Source: Eledone cirrhosa (taxonomy: Eukaryota). From it: DNA of 64,000 bases. A program made the translations under genes and the position numbers. Below the pieces are notes generated by a model. That model was not told where the DNA came from. It was given only the letters and a program-made list of their open reading frames with translations, and ran no database searches. The stretch lies in NCBI GenBank assembly GCA_964016885.1, contig OZ024745.1:124868001-124932000 (forward strand). Reading direction: 5' to 3'. Below are positions 28,852-42,979 of this stretch, piece by piece (position 1 is the stretch's first letter; each line of letters opens with the position of its first letter).

Positions 28852-29028
28852 TAATAATACAAGGATGATTTGTTAAGCCTTCATTACCTTTATTAATTGG
28901 TGACGCGCGTTTCGCTACTGATCGGCTCAAGATTCGATCTGCATCGTTCTGGCCGACCCTGGAATCAAAAGCTCGTCGGACCACTCAATAAACGTAATGA
29001 AGGCTTAACAAATCGTCCTTGTATTATT
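28852..29028 (-). ncRNA. Hammerhead motif with about 45-bp stem I (core U-to-C mutated)
   Basis: Minus strand reads long arm-TGGT-CCGACGA-GCT...AGC-GAAA-CGCGCG-TC-ACCA-long arm. Arms match TAATACAAGGA(T/C)GATTTGTTAAGCCTTCATTAC. Confidence 0.7.
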
Positions 29029-31455
29029 AAACATATGTATATATATAAATGTGTGTGTGTATGTTTGTGTGTGCGTGCGTGTATGTGTGCGTATGTGTGT
29101 GTGATTATAGCGAAATATTCCACCATTAAAAACATTTATAATATCATCAATAATAATCACAAATGTAATACCAAAAGTAATACCACCAACAAGGAAAGTT
29201 TATATTCACCGGATGATTGTATTAAAAAACATTAATGCCAGCGACAGTTCAGTTTTTCTAACAAATCAATTCAAGCAGAGGCACGAAACATGGAGAATCA
29301 CATGATGATCATGTCACCTCAGACAGATCTTCCTTGAAGGTGCAACGTATAAAATATTGTTAATGTGAATGAGATTTGTAGATGTCCCAAGAAACGGCCC
29401 TGCGCAAAACTGTCTACGTGAATTCTTTTACAAAGAGCTTAAGACAAAATAGGCTGAAATGTTCATGTTGACACCATCAGTGATGTACAAATAAATAGTG
29501 CAGTCTCAGTGTTTTGTGAGGAACGTGAGAAGATAAACGATGGGTAAGCTGTGCATAATGTAGGAGAGCATATTAAAAAATAAAAATAAGCTTAAGAAAG
29601 TAGAAACAAAAAATAACAATGAAACCGAAGCAGATACGGATCTATTGAGCAATGAAACTAATTTCCTGGGTGCATCTGGATAACATGAAACTAAGAGCTA
29701 TATATTTCTACTCGATTTCGTTGGTCAATTGGATTAAATGGATTAAATGGATTAAAATAATAGGAAACTCGTATATAGGCAAGCGCGAGACAGGCAGAAT
29801 TATGAAACCGCCTCTAGAAATAATTTAGATAATGCATTATAATGCATTCGTTGCATTTTTGAAAGAAACTGTATTTGGCCATGAACATGTGCATTGTTTC
29901 CCTTTGGCCTTGTATGTTTTATTACTTGGGCAGAAATGAAAACACAGCATGAACGCATTGCATGGTAATGTTGTATTTGTATGTCGTGTATCTTAGTAAG
30001 TCTGTTTCAGCTACGTGTCAGCCTGCAAGTTTTACAATTATTCACAAGGCACCTATTACGGAAATGTCTTCCACTCCAGTACTCTTAATCTAGCTTTCTC
30101 GGTTTCGCGATATTTATATTTGGATAGTTTGAGCATTTCTCTCAGAATTGTATTATCACCTGTTGGGACTAATACTTCAACCAGGATAAAATTATGTTTG
30201 TGGAGGCTCTTGACACCAACATTGTCGTCAAATATCCTTTTATGCTTGTCTACATATCGTGGTGTACGAATACTTGATCATATTTTAATGTTTCTTTCTT
30301 TTTTCCTAATGTAGGCATAGTTCTATGTGTATAAAACCTCAAATATACTAAAGTTACTCAATACACTTAATGTCTCCTTGGATGGTGCTTTGGGAAATTA
30401 CTATAGAGAAGGATCAGTTGATGAGCTGCCATCAATAATACATAGGTTTCAGTTTTGAATTGTTAGTGTCAATGTCCACACACCTTAGATTTTCTTCAAA
30501 TGATGAGCGTCGATTAAGTGTGTAAGCGTATTTTATCTTAGTTGCTATCATTCTGATAATTTCTGTTGTTTCTTCTTTCTCCTCATATTATCATCAACAT
30601 TATCTTCATCGCTATTTCATGTCCAACTTATTAATGATTTCCATCAACTCCATCTTTTTATCATCATGATCAGAATGATCATCAACATCTTCACTTTCTC
30701 CATCATCGTTGTTGCCACCTGGTTCAACATCATCATAGTCATCATCATCAGCATCATCATCATCATCATCATCATCATCATTATCATAACCAGCGTCATC
30801 ACGATGCTCACAACAAAAAAAGGAATTCATATTAAATAGTCCTGCTAGGAAAACAATAACCAGGAAATCACCGTAATCCTCTTCATGATTTTCGAAAACA
30901 GCAACAATCGCATCTTCATTAACAGCCACACTGTTACTAACACAACCCGCTTCTACAACAATGAAACACATCTGTATTTTTAATATTTTTATACTTGTTT
31001 AAATACTTTGTGCTTATCTAATTATTTTTTATGTTGACATACTACTGAACTTATTACAATTTTTAATTTTGTCACGAACATTATAAACCAATATTACTTC
31101 AACATTCTATTTATATCAGGAGAAGAAAGAAAAAATAAATTATCTAACTGAAGATATTTGAGTTTCTGACATCCATACAGATATACATAGATTTCCGCTA
31201 ATTAGAATCCGCCGTACATAATCAAACAACATATTCAAGTATATCCAGCGTTAAATCACTTCCTCCATAAAAAAGTAATGTATAAACGAAAACGTTAAAA
31301 TTATTATATTGCTAATATCATCATCGTCATCATCATGATCATCATGATCGTTATCATCACCATCATCACCATCATTATCATCACTGTCATCATCACCGTC
31401 ATTATCATTATTATCATCTTTGTCACCATCACCGTTATCATTATCATTATGATCA

Positions 31456-31910
31456 TTAACTTTGCCTTTCATCCTTACGGGGTTGATAAAATAAAGTACC
31501 AGTAATACACTGGTTAATTGCTGGCCTGGTGCCTAAAGTAAGAACAATTATTATTATTATGATCAAGGGTGGTGGATTGGCAGTATCGGTAGAGGGTCGG
31601 ACACCATGCTTTGACGCTTAGAGTTACGGCCCTTGCCATTCAAATCCCGCCGAGGTTAACTTTGCCTTTCATCCTTACAGGGTCGATAAAATAAAGTACC
31701 AGTAATGCACTGGGATAATTGCTGGCCTCGTGCCAAAAGTCGAAACAATTATCATTATGATCAAAACCGTCATGATTATTAATGGCATATTTGCAGTATA
31801 GGTAGAGTGTTAGTCAAGAAGCTTGTTGGCATAGAATTGCGTCCCTTTACGTTCTGGGTTGAAATACGGCCGACGTTAGCTTTGCCTTTCATCATTAAGA
31901 CGTCGATAAG
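31456..31910 (+). mobile_element. Three tandem SINE family A copies (truncated, full, decayed) after a (CAT)n tract
   Basis: A box TGGCAGTATCGG, family core and ATT tails repeated. Confidence 0.8.
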
Positions 31911-32216
31911 CAATAGCGATGTCAGTGTTGTTATGCATGATTAAGACAGGGCTTTCAAAATTTCGTACGTTGTCTAGAAATGATCCTGGAAACGTACCTC
32001 AGTTAGAACTATTGCGAGGTTGGAATAACAAGCTAGACGTACGCAGAGATTTTGTGAATTTAGCCGATAGGACAGAAGCCACACAAATGTCTCGTCTCAC
32101 AATCCTATTGTGATAGTTACAACTTTTCCTGAGATAACGATTGTATTTCGTGAATGCACAAGCCAGGACATGGGGTAACCATATCGTGTCAGCATTCAAG
32201 GTTATATCTAGATAAT

Positions 32217-32402
32217 TGTTTCTACTTTAGGCACAAGGCCAGCAATTACCCAGTGCATTACTGGTACTTTATTTTATCGACCCCGTAAGGATGAAAGGCA
32301 AAGTCAACCTCGGCGGGATTTGAACTCATAATCGTAATGGGACGTAACTATGCTGGAAAGCATGGCGTCCGACTCTCTACCGATATTGCCAATCCACCGC
32401 CC
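32217..32402 (-). mobile_element. Full-length SINE family A with 18-bp target-site duplication
   Basis: AGGTTATATCTAGATAAT at 32199-32216 and 32403-32420. A box TGGCAATATCGG and B box GTTCAAATCC on minus. Confidence 0.92.
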
Positions 32403-35332
32403 AGGTTATATCTAGATAATGCAAATGAGATAGAGAAGTAGATGAAGCAGAAGAAATAGAAGTAGTAGTGAGTTGGTTGATACGGTGATTGTTAAGTAAT
32501 GCCTTACGGTATGTTGTTTTATTGCTTTACAATCCATATTTAAATGTTGCTTGGGCCGATCACGTTTCATTTTCTTTTATTTTAGAAGTAATAAATTAAT
32601 TAAACGTCAAGCAACATGAGAATAGTACCTGCACGGAATGCCATTTCCCCAATCTTTGTGATGCTAATTTTGAAGAAAATAATCAATTTGAAGAATTATA
32701 AATTGCATATTCAAATTACCATACGCTTCAGATGTTAAATGACATCAATAATGATTTTAACAACGCCGTGTTCAACTAAAATATACATAAGTTTAAATGC
32801 GTTTAACTCGGCATCAGAAACACGATTTATAGAATTTATATTCTAAGGCATAATAATTATGTCTTAAAATATTCTGTTGCGTAAAAATAGAAATATTATG
32901 ACATATATTTGCATGCTCTCCATCTTGAAAGTTTTCCGGAATATTTTAGTACTACAAATACTATATGCACAGGTAATAAATATGGTCGTGTTAGATATAT
33001 GCAAGGTGAGCTTCAAAATCAGTTTCAAATTCCCGAAAATTTCAAAGTGAACATGGTAGATGTTTCAATAAAAATTAGCAGATATCAATCAGGCTTCTTT
33101 TTTGTAGGCAGCCGAATCCAAATTTGCATTCCTTTCTATTTGGATCGAAACATAATTTGCAGGTCATATAGTATATTATTCTTCCTTTAGTTCCCCCCTA
33201 TGTCTAGCTAAGAATTGACTACATTATCTTGCGATGTAACGATGGTGATTTGTTGCCAGAATATTTTGTCATTTCTTAATATGAATAGTCCCATAACTCC
33301 TCATAGAATCGTAGGAGCATCGTAATAACATACGGAGCTTCTTGGGCATTCAAAGCCATCCCAGGCCTTAATACAGCAGATTTCTCCCAGGGAAATATTT
33401 AAAGTGAAAGAGAGAAACACCTGAAAGAGATATAGTGGAAGAATCCACCCCAGTAGCAGACTGGTATTATTTTCATCGACCTGGAAAAGATGAAATGTAA
33501 ATTTGACCTAAGCGGGATTTGAACTCTGAGAGCAGAGAACCTGAACAAATGCCATAAATCATTCTATCCGATGTCATAACGACACTAACAATTCGCCGCC
33601 TATATATATATATAGTAAGACACAATATATATATATATATATAGCAAGCCACAAAACCTTCGAGGAAAATTGAACGTTGAAGCTTTGATATGTTGTATGA
33701 CGTAGAATGCTTAAAACAACGTTAAGAATGGAAGTGAAACCATACCAGGAAGGTGTTACAAAGGGAAAATATTTGTATCTCTCCGTTTTTGCAATGGACA
33801 AGCTACTTGCCTTTTGTATACGTAATCGACGTAAGTCGCTTCTGCAGAAAATCTGAAGTTACGTGTGAATTGTAAGCTAAACATATTTCGTTTCGATATG
33901 ATACTTTAATTTACAGTGAGAAATGTAAATATGTTTGCGTTCAGATAAGAGTTGCGTTTGAATGTCATTAAAGGGCACGTTCATGTGAGCTGGCATTTCT
34001 TCGACAATGCGCATGTGCAAAGCCCTCTGGATCCAATATTCGTTTCAATTCATGGTGGATATTTCCTTTGACATATGCAAGTAGGAAACATTAGGTAGAC
34101 CAGATTCAACAGTTTGGGATGACAAAGACAAGAGGAAGTATTATATGGAAATAAATATAATACTAGAATGCATGCATAGCTACAAAGGACAACATGGAAA
34201 ATGCATATCATTTTGTTTTGGTTAATGAAAGAGCCAAATTTTGAAGTTGAAATGTTTACATTTTCTAATGTCACGTTCGACTGTTTTAGGCTGTGTATGT
34301 GCATATGAAAGCATGATATATTAAGTTTAGTGTCTCACCTTTTGGTTAAGCAGTTATTTTCAATTGAATACAATCTTGAAAATATTAAACTAAATGGTAA
34401 TAGCAAGCAAGTGACGAGGTGGAAAGAAGTAATATATCCATGTGTATGAGCGTGCTTGAATGACTAGGTAAGAACAAAGTAATAAACAATTTCTGTTATG
34501 CATGTGCGACAAATAAGAAATCAAAATAATTCTTTAAAATTATTTTACTATATTGAGTTTTGATTTCTTGTAGAAATTATTAGCTATGAAATAATGTATC
34601 TGCATATTAAAGGGGGAAGAAAGAACAAGTAGAACTAAATTACACTTCTCCAGAATGCTTGTGACAGGTATCTAAAGAAGAATTCAGTCTATCCATAACA
34701 AAGAACAATTAATGACAGAATTCTATGCTGAAGCAATGAATCAGTCCATATACGTTTATACAAAATCGTTACATTTCACTTGTGATTTGTCAGGTAATGC
34801 ATCATAAGGTCTGAACTACAGATTATTCTAAATCAGTCGTTCTATAAAAATAGAAATCATGAGAGAATAAATAATGAAAACAACAATACAAGGTAGTAAT
34901 ATTTTTCATTTGTTCGTTTATACATTTGTAATAGTAAAAAATCACTGAGGTATTTCAATTCAATTATTATTTAGATTCGGTTGTCTTTTGTTCCAGGAAT
35001 CAGGTAACTTTATACCGAGAACCAATTTCAAGAACTTAAGTTTATGAAAGAAAAAAAGTATGTAATGAAAAATCTCTAAGAATTGTTTTCGTTTATTTCA
35101 GTGACGAAGATAATATTCTACCTAAAACTATAAGGAAAACACAAGTAAAATGATTTGACAACGTGCTAGAAACAAACAATAAGAATAAAAACAAAATTGA
35201 CGGGTCGCTTCAAAAATGATTAAGCAATTATTCAATTGCATTTTTGCCTCGGAAACAAATGTTTGGTTCTTGATCTTATATTTCAATTTGTATCACATAT
35301 TTTTCAATTAATTTCTGAATTATATATTAATA

Positions 35333-35512
35333 ATTATTTTTACTCTTGGCACAAGGTCAGCGATTACCCAGTAAATTACTGATACTTATCAACCCCATAA
35401 GAATGAAAAGCAAAGTTAACCTCGACAGGATTTGAACACATACCGTAAAGAGACGAAACTATGCTTGAAAAAGCATGGCGTCCAACCCTCTACCGATACT
35501 GCCAATTCACCG
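35333..35512 (-). mobile_element. SINE family A (diverged)
   Basis: Homologous to 32217-32402. Confidence 0.75.
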
Positions 35513-36821
35513 ATGAAATATCTCCATATGCTATATAATATGTTTATCTCTTTTCATCTCTCTCCTCTGTTTCTCTTACCATTTTTCTCTGCTCTCTCTC
35601 TCTCCATTCTCATTCCCTGTCTGTATATTCATACACACACACTTATATATATATATACATATGTATATATATATATATATAATAAATATTTGTTAATTAA
35701 CAATTAATAACGAATGTGTGTGTGTATGTGTTTGTGTGCGTGTCTGTCTGTGGTGTGCGTGTATATATATATATATATATATAGTAATAATAATACATTT
35801 GAAGACTAAAATCCAAAGAGGGCTCGATAAGGATAAATATATATCAAATATATAAGAACAGTAGAACAAATATTTATTAAAATAACAGATTAAAGTTTAT
35901 ATATTCGCACTGTTGTCGAAATTTAATTTTTGATTTAAATCATCGTAAGTGTCATAAACATTTCGATGGCATTTTTTTTAATGTTGTAAACAAATAAGTA
36001 TCAACATCTCAAAGAAATATATAATAATTATTATTTTATTATGCAGAGTAAATTAAGCAAATATAAGCGGTATGAGAATGTAAATCTAATCGAACAGGAA
36101 CCCATCCACTCACACAAACATACACATATAAAAACACACACAGAGATACATTCATACAAAGACACAGTTTCACCCACAAACAGACACATATACACTCACA
36201 CAAACATACATTTATAAAAATCACACACAGACATACATTCATACAAACACAGTTTCACTCCTATGTTTAGTTATGTCAGTCGTCACAGAAATGTATGTAT
36301 ACTTACACACACATACACTCTCACATACACTCACACACATATACTTGTCAGTCACCATATGTGTAGATGTCTGTGTATCTTTAATTCTCTGTGTATCTGA
36401 TTAAATATTTATGTGAGGCCTTACTATCGCCTAACGTACGTAATGAACTCGTAAACACACACACACTCTCACAAATACATACACATTCATATTCATGTTG
36501 TTGTCGTAGTAGTGTTATAAAATGTTGGTTTATTATAGTTAACTATAGTAGAATATTTTAGTTAAAATGTTATATTGTTTTAATCCAAATGAAAATGAAA
36601 ATTACGTGTTGTTAATACCGTGGTCTCGTAAAATTTGATTTGATTTGGTCGAACCATTTGAGAATGCATAGGAAGAGACAAACAGATATGAAGGATTGTA
36701 TATCTAGAGAGAGAGATTATTATATTTCTAGTAGGTCTGTGGTAACCTGTAATAATATTCTCATTGATTCCAACATTTTTTAAAAATAATCTCTCGTGTT
36801 ATTCCTAATTGGATGCACGGG

Positions 36822-36857
<36 letters not shown>

Positions 36858-36944
36858 TTTTTTTTGGGGGGGGGGTATTCTTCTGATAATTCTCTCATTT
36901 AAGTGTCTAATTTATACTTACTATTATTTCGGTATGTTAGGTCG

Positions 36945-37560
36945 GTGTGTTTAGCAGTATCGATAGAGAGTCGGACAAAATGTTTTGAAACATTGAGTTA
37001 CGGCCCTTTACGTTCTGAGTTCAAATCATGTCGGGATTAGCTTTGCCTTTCATTCTTCAATAAAATCAAGCACCAGTAATGGACTGCGGTTGATTTAATC
37101 AACCCTTCTCACCCCTAAAATTAGCTTTGCCTTTAATCCTTCGATAAAATTAAGCACCGGCAATGAACCGGAGTCGATTTAAATCAACTTTCCTCTCCCC
37201 TAGAATTGTTGGCCTTTATTTTGGTATGTTGGCAATGGATTGACAGATTCTGTAGAGCATCGAGCAACCTCCTTTACAGCATAAAGATACATCGTTTTAC
37301 GGTTTGAGTTCAAATCCCGTTGTGGTTATATTTGCCTGACGGAGTGGATAAAAAAAGCACCAATAAGGCTTTGGGACCTAATAGATTTTCCTCTCTGCAA
37401 ACATTGTTGACCTTACAATTTCAGTATATTGGCAGAGTCGTTAGATCATCAGACAAAGGCTTATTGGCATTTGTTGTGTCTTTTACTTACCGTGTTCACA
37501 TTCCACCGAGATCAGCTTTCCCATTTATCTTTCGTAAATCGATAAAATAAAGTATCAATC
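36945..37560 (+). mobile_element. Cluster of old SINE family A fragments
   Basis: Repeated GAGTTCAAATC, TTTGCCTTT and GATAAAA..AAGCACC motifs. Confidence 0.6.
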
Positions 37561-38041
37561 AATTAATGAGAAATATATGATCGTATTTTTCCTCCCGAAA
37601 AACATATGACCTTGTACATAGAGTAGAATTATTAATAATCATCTTTTTAATACTATTAATATTGTTGGTATTGAGGGGGATATTACTCCACTATCAAATT
37701 CTTGTTACAATGAATGCTATATAGCAGGAATTTACAGAAAATTATGGCTGCAGGTATTTTATATGTTCTCAGTTCAAATCTGGAAGAGAGATCGGTCTTT
37801 TTTTCCATTCTTCTGTAGTCTATAACATTCAGTACTTGTGTCGCTTAATCCTCTGTTTCAAAATCTCAACACCTCTGGCTTTGTTCGTATGTTATGTTAT
37901 CAAATCAAAATCAATATCCTTTTCTTTCGTTTTCATAATGTAAAACTGAGTTCTGACAAATGTACATAATAACACACTGTCTCGATCGATGTTTTTACAG
38001 CTCTTTTAAAGACAATTTGGAGTGATAATAATAATAATAAT

Positions 38042-38227
38042 AATTGGTTCGACTTTTGGCATAAGGCCAGCAATTATCCAGTGCATTATTGGTACTTTAT
38101 TTTATCGACCCCGTAAGGATGAAAGGCAAAGTTAACCTCGACGGGATTTGAACTCAGACTGTAAAGGGACGTAACTATGCTGGAAAGCATTGCGTCGACC
38201 CTCTACCGATACTGCCAATCCACCGCC

Positions 38228-38277
<50 letters not shown>

Positions 38278-38447
38278 TTTTTTCTACTTTTTGTACAAGT
38301 CCAGCAATTACCCAATGCATTACTGGTGCTGTATTTTATCGAACCCGTAAGTATGAAAGGCAAATTTAACCGCGGCGGGATTTGAACTTAGATCATGAAG
38401 GGCAGTAACTCTATGCTTCAAATATAGGTGTTTGACGCTCTACCGAC
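38042..38447 (-). mobile_element. Two tandem SINE family A copies separated by (TAA)n
   Basis: 38042-38229 and 38277-38447 both match the family consensus. Confidence 0.85.
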
Positions 38448-38656
38448 AAACTCCTAACTGATAACTGATATATATTTATGAATTTAAACTATGAATTAGA
38501 ACCCCGTGTAAGATGATTGGATAACATCAATGAGCTTGTCTGGTCAGGCTTGGGGAACCAGCCAGATCAGTTGGAGACGGTTGATTCTGACAGGACTCGT
38601 TGAAGGGAGTGTTTGAGGACTCTGCTCTTCAAACACTTATTCTCTCTCTCTCTCTC

Positions 38657-38690
<34 letters not shown>

Positions 38691-38894
38691 GAAGAAGAAG
38701 AAGAAGAAGAAGAGGCTTCAAATCGGATGTGACTTGGAGAAAGTTGTTTTTTCCAAATAACCTCGACTACTCTGGAACACAAGGGAGTGGCGATATGGCA
38801 AGTCATTGAAATAGGTATTTTCTCCAACCCTGAAAAAAGCCCGTAGCATTGTTTGGCTATTCGTATGCAATTTACGGTTTTTATGGGTTAAATT

Positions 38895-39077
38895 AATTGT
38901 TTCTAATTTAGGCACAAGCCCAGCAATTACCCAGTGCATTACTGGTACTTTATTTTATCGACCCCGTAAGGATGAAAGGCAAAGTCAACCTCAGCGGGAT
39001 TTGAACTCAGATCGTAAAGGGACGTAACTATGCTGGAAAGCATGGCGTCCGACCCTCTACTGATACTGCCAATCCAC
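38895..39077 (-). mobile_element. SINE family A
   Basis: Near-identical to 32217-32402. Confidence 0.85.
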
Positions 39078-41184
39078 AATATTATCCCCTTTCAATCAAT
39101 CAAGATTGTTTCACTTTTCAATTTCGTAACAAACTACAATTGTAAATATATTTCTGCAAATTATGTCAGATCATTCTTAAATCAACGGGCGCAAATTTAT
39201 TCCTGTTTATTAGTGATGGTTTACTGTTTACTATAGAATAGATCTAGGAATCAAGCTTAACATACATTATACGAGAGACGACGTAGCAAGTCCTAAAAAT
39301 GGTATTTTTCTCAATCCCCCAAATGATCTAGTAGTCTTCGACGTGGGTTATTCAATTCAATCCTCTATTATTTCTTTCTCTCAATTTCTCTAAATTACAA
39401 ATGCTCGACTACTCATATGCATACAAAGGCGTTCCCTTTAAAATTTACGTCTTTCTCGGTTTACGTTAAACTTTTCCTCGCTTAGTTTATCAGCAATTTA
39501 ACTGGGATTGGTTTAAATTTCTATTTCTTGTACTAATTAAGAACCAGACGTGACACGTGAGCAAAAGTAATTATTTATTTTATTGATATTTTGAAATTAT
39601 TCCGAAACGAAACGAATGTAAAAGAGATGCTGTTAATATATATTGGTACTAAACTCTATATCTCCAAATATTTATACACTTAAATTAAAGTTAAACATAT
39701 CATACTGTTCAATTTCCAATCAAACTACACCTTTTCAACAAACATTTTTGAAAATTATGTGAGAAACTGCTTAAATCAACTAGAAAAGGTTTATTCCTTG
39801 CTATTTATTAGATTTCTGCACGTTTACTTAACATATATGTTTTACGAAATATAATATAATATTTAAACATATTAAATTACGTTTTAGGCATTTAAGAAAC
39901 TACCTTACATACTCTATGGAAACAGATGACAGAACGTTAATAGGAAAAAAAGGAAATATAAATAATTATGTGATAAAAGCAAATATAATCGAGGTATCGA
40001 TTTTCTCATGGAATGAAATAACAGTAAAATCGTAAATTAAACAAATCTACAGATTGTACAGAAAGCTTAAAGTAGCGTGTAATATTTCATAAAACATAAT
40101 TTATTCAAGATCGAGAATTCACAAATTTTAAATTGAATTCATTGTTTACATTAACGGCTTAAAATATGTTAGTATCTGATCGCATAAAAAATATAACATT
40201 TTACCATTTTTTTAAATATAACTAAAAGGTGAAGAATCTGTATGTTTTAAAATAAATATGTGAGTAGTGGTATATAAGAATATAATCTGACTCACAAAAT
40301 ATCTCTCACATAACATTGATTTTTTTATGTTTGTTATATAGAAGTTTGTTTTCTTCAATAGGGTTTGAGATGGTGATGGACTGCTTAAGGCAAGACCGTG
40401 ATTTTTCCAATATGCACAAACTCAATGTGACTATCCATACAACAAAATACACAGACCTAATACGCTTCATTCATAGACTTGTTTCCTTTACGGCATAAAT
40501 GGATTTAAGGATTTCAAAGAAATCAATAGCAGCAAGAGCGAGTGTAGTGAATAAATCGTTGGAGGCAGAATCCATCTTGGTTGGTGTTTAACCATTCTAA
40601 CATCAAATACCAGTCGACCTCGAGAAAAAAACATACATTAGTAACATACATATATGAAAAAACTGTGCAACTAAAATCAATATTAGTTTTTATAAAGTTT
40701 GTTGATTTGCCCTTTGGCAAACTTGGTCACATATGAAATAGCATGTGAGTGTCCAGACATATTATTTTCTCGTATTTCATTGTTGTTGTATCAACTGCAG
40801 GTCAGCCTTGATATGATACTCTAGTAAACGAATGAACAAAGCATGAGCACAGAAACATCTTTCCAGTGCCTTTATCTAGCTAAATACATTCGTATATGCA
40901 ATGAGGATATATGTGGAAACAAGTCTGACAATCTAGCATAGACACACACACTTTGAGAACTTGCATTTCTACTACAATGATGTCTCATTGTCTTTCACTG
41001 ATATCATATGTAATATATGTTATATGGCAGTTGTTACGTGCGCTTTTGTTACTAGACGTCCATGTACAAAGCTTAGAAATTGATCTTGACATTGCTTATT
41101 AAAGACCCGAGACGGCTTGTATGGTAATTTTCTTTGATTATTATTCATAGTAACAAAATATGTTGCAGCATCTAAGCTGACTTT

Positions 41185-41263
<79 letters not shown>

Positions 41264-41756
41264 ATATGTATATACGTGTGTACATATCTATATTCATATA
41301 TATATATATATATATATAATCCCTAAATGTATTTTTTACACGCAGGAATTCATACTTTATTATTATTAATCTCCCCTAAGGTAGAGATAAAACTTGGCCG
41401 TTTGGACTGCTGCTATTTCTAGTGGCAGGACATTCACCTGTCCACCCTGCCTTTTGTCTTTGCACACCTCACCAGACAGAATTATTTCTTCTATCATCCA
41501 CTCTCATCTGGGCATGGTTTTGTATGGCGTCAGTTTGTAATTTGAACTCGGGAATTTCATATTCTCTGAGTGAGAAGAGCCTTCTGAAGATATTTCCCTT
41601 CTCAATAGAAGTCCCCTTGAATTATCCGTTTATTCTGGAAATTGAAACCGCGGTAAAGGCACATATAGTAAGTACAGCGAATTTATTAAAATTTATTTTA
41701 AAACCTCTCTATTTGCAAGACCTTGATTTTATATATATATATATATATATATTTAT

Positions 41757-42288
41757 ATGTAAGTATGCATGTATACGTACATACATATATGTATACAGAC
41801 GTACAGTAGCATGCACATATATATATATATATACATATATACATACATATGCATACAGGTACACATACATATATGCACGTATCAGTTTAGCGGCGCTAAC
41901 GTCGCTTTGTTCGTTTGTAAACAAACTGAACAGCCTGAATTTATGCCATACGGTGTTAAGGCAACCACGTCACCTTTTTGTTCAACACTGACACAGGAAC
42001 GATGTACTAGTTTCAAGCTTGTTAGCTTGAAACTAGTACATCGTTCCTGTGTCAGTGTTGAACAAAAAGGTGACGTGGTTGCCTTAACACCGTATGGCAT
42101 AAATTCAGGCTGTTCAGTTTGTTTACAAACGAACAAAGCGACGTTAGCGCCGCTAAACTGATACGTGCATATATGTATGTGTACCTGTATGCATATGTAT
42201 GTATATATGTATATATATATATATATATGTGCATGCTACTGTACGTCTGTATACATATATGTATGTACGTATACATGCATACTTACAT
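41757..42288. repeat. Fold-back palindrome capping the array (arms 41757-42019 and 42024-42288, loop TGTT)
   Basis: GATGTACTAGTTTCAAGCT-tgtt-AGCTTGAAACTAGTACATC. The only arm difference noticed is one TA unit. Confidence 0.95.
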
Positions 42289-42468
42289 TTAAGTAAGTGC
42301 CATACTAAGAGTGAGAAATGAAATTTCGTTTTCATTTTGTTTCAATTTATCGTTTTCGGTATGCCTGACCGATTTAACTCACTCAATATGCAAATTAGGC
42401 TGCTCAGCCGTTAATTTTCATAAGGAAAGTATATACTTTCGAACGTTCAACTATCTGGCAGATGGGTA

Positions 42469-42513
42469 AACGGTGCTGATGATAGCTAACAAGCTTGAAA
42501 CTAGTACATCGTT
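42469..42513 (+). ncRNA. Minimal type I hammerhead ribozyme, array unit 1 (predicted cut after GUA at 42506)
   Basis: AACGGTG-CTGATGA-T-AGCT-aaca-AGCT-T-GAAA-CTAG-TA-CATCGTT. Stem I extends to GTTCAAC/GTTGAAC (42445-42531). Confidence 0.88.
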
Positions 42514-42934
42514 CCTGTGTCAGTGTTGAACAAAAAGGTGACGTGGTTGCCTTAACACCGTATGGCATAAATTCAGGCTGTTCAGTTTGTTTACAAACGA
42601 ACAAAGCGACGTTAGCGCCGCTAAACTGATACGTGCATATATGTATGTGTACCTGTATGCATATGTATGTATATATGTATATATATATATATATGTGCAT
42701 GCTACTGTACGTCTGTATACATATATGTATGTACGTATACATGCATACTTACATTTAAGTAAGTGCCATACTAAGAGTGAGAAATGAAATTTCGTTTTCA
42801 TTTTGTTTCAATTTATCGTTTTCGGTATGCCTGACCGATTTAACTCACTCAATATGCAAATTAGGCTGCTCAGCCGTTAATTTTCATAAGGAAAGTATAT
42901 ACTTTCGAACGTTCAACTATCTGGCAGATGGGTA

Positions 42935-42979
42935 AACGGTGCTGATGATAGCTAACAAGCTTGAAACTAGTACATCGTT
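42935..42979 (+). ncRNA. Hammerhead ribozyme, array unit 2
   Basis: Identical to unit 1. Confidence 0.88.
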
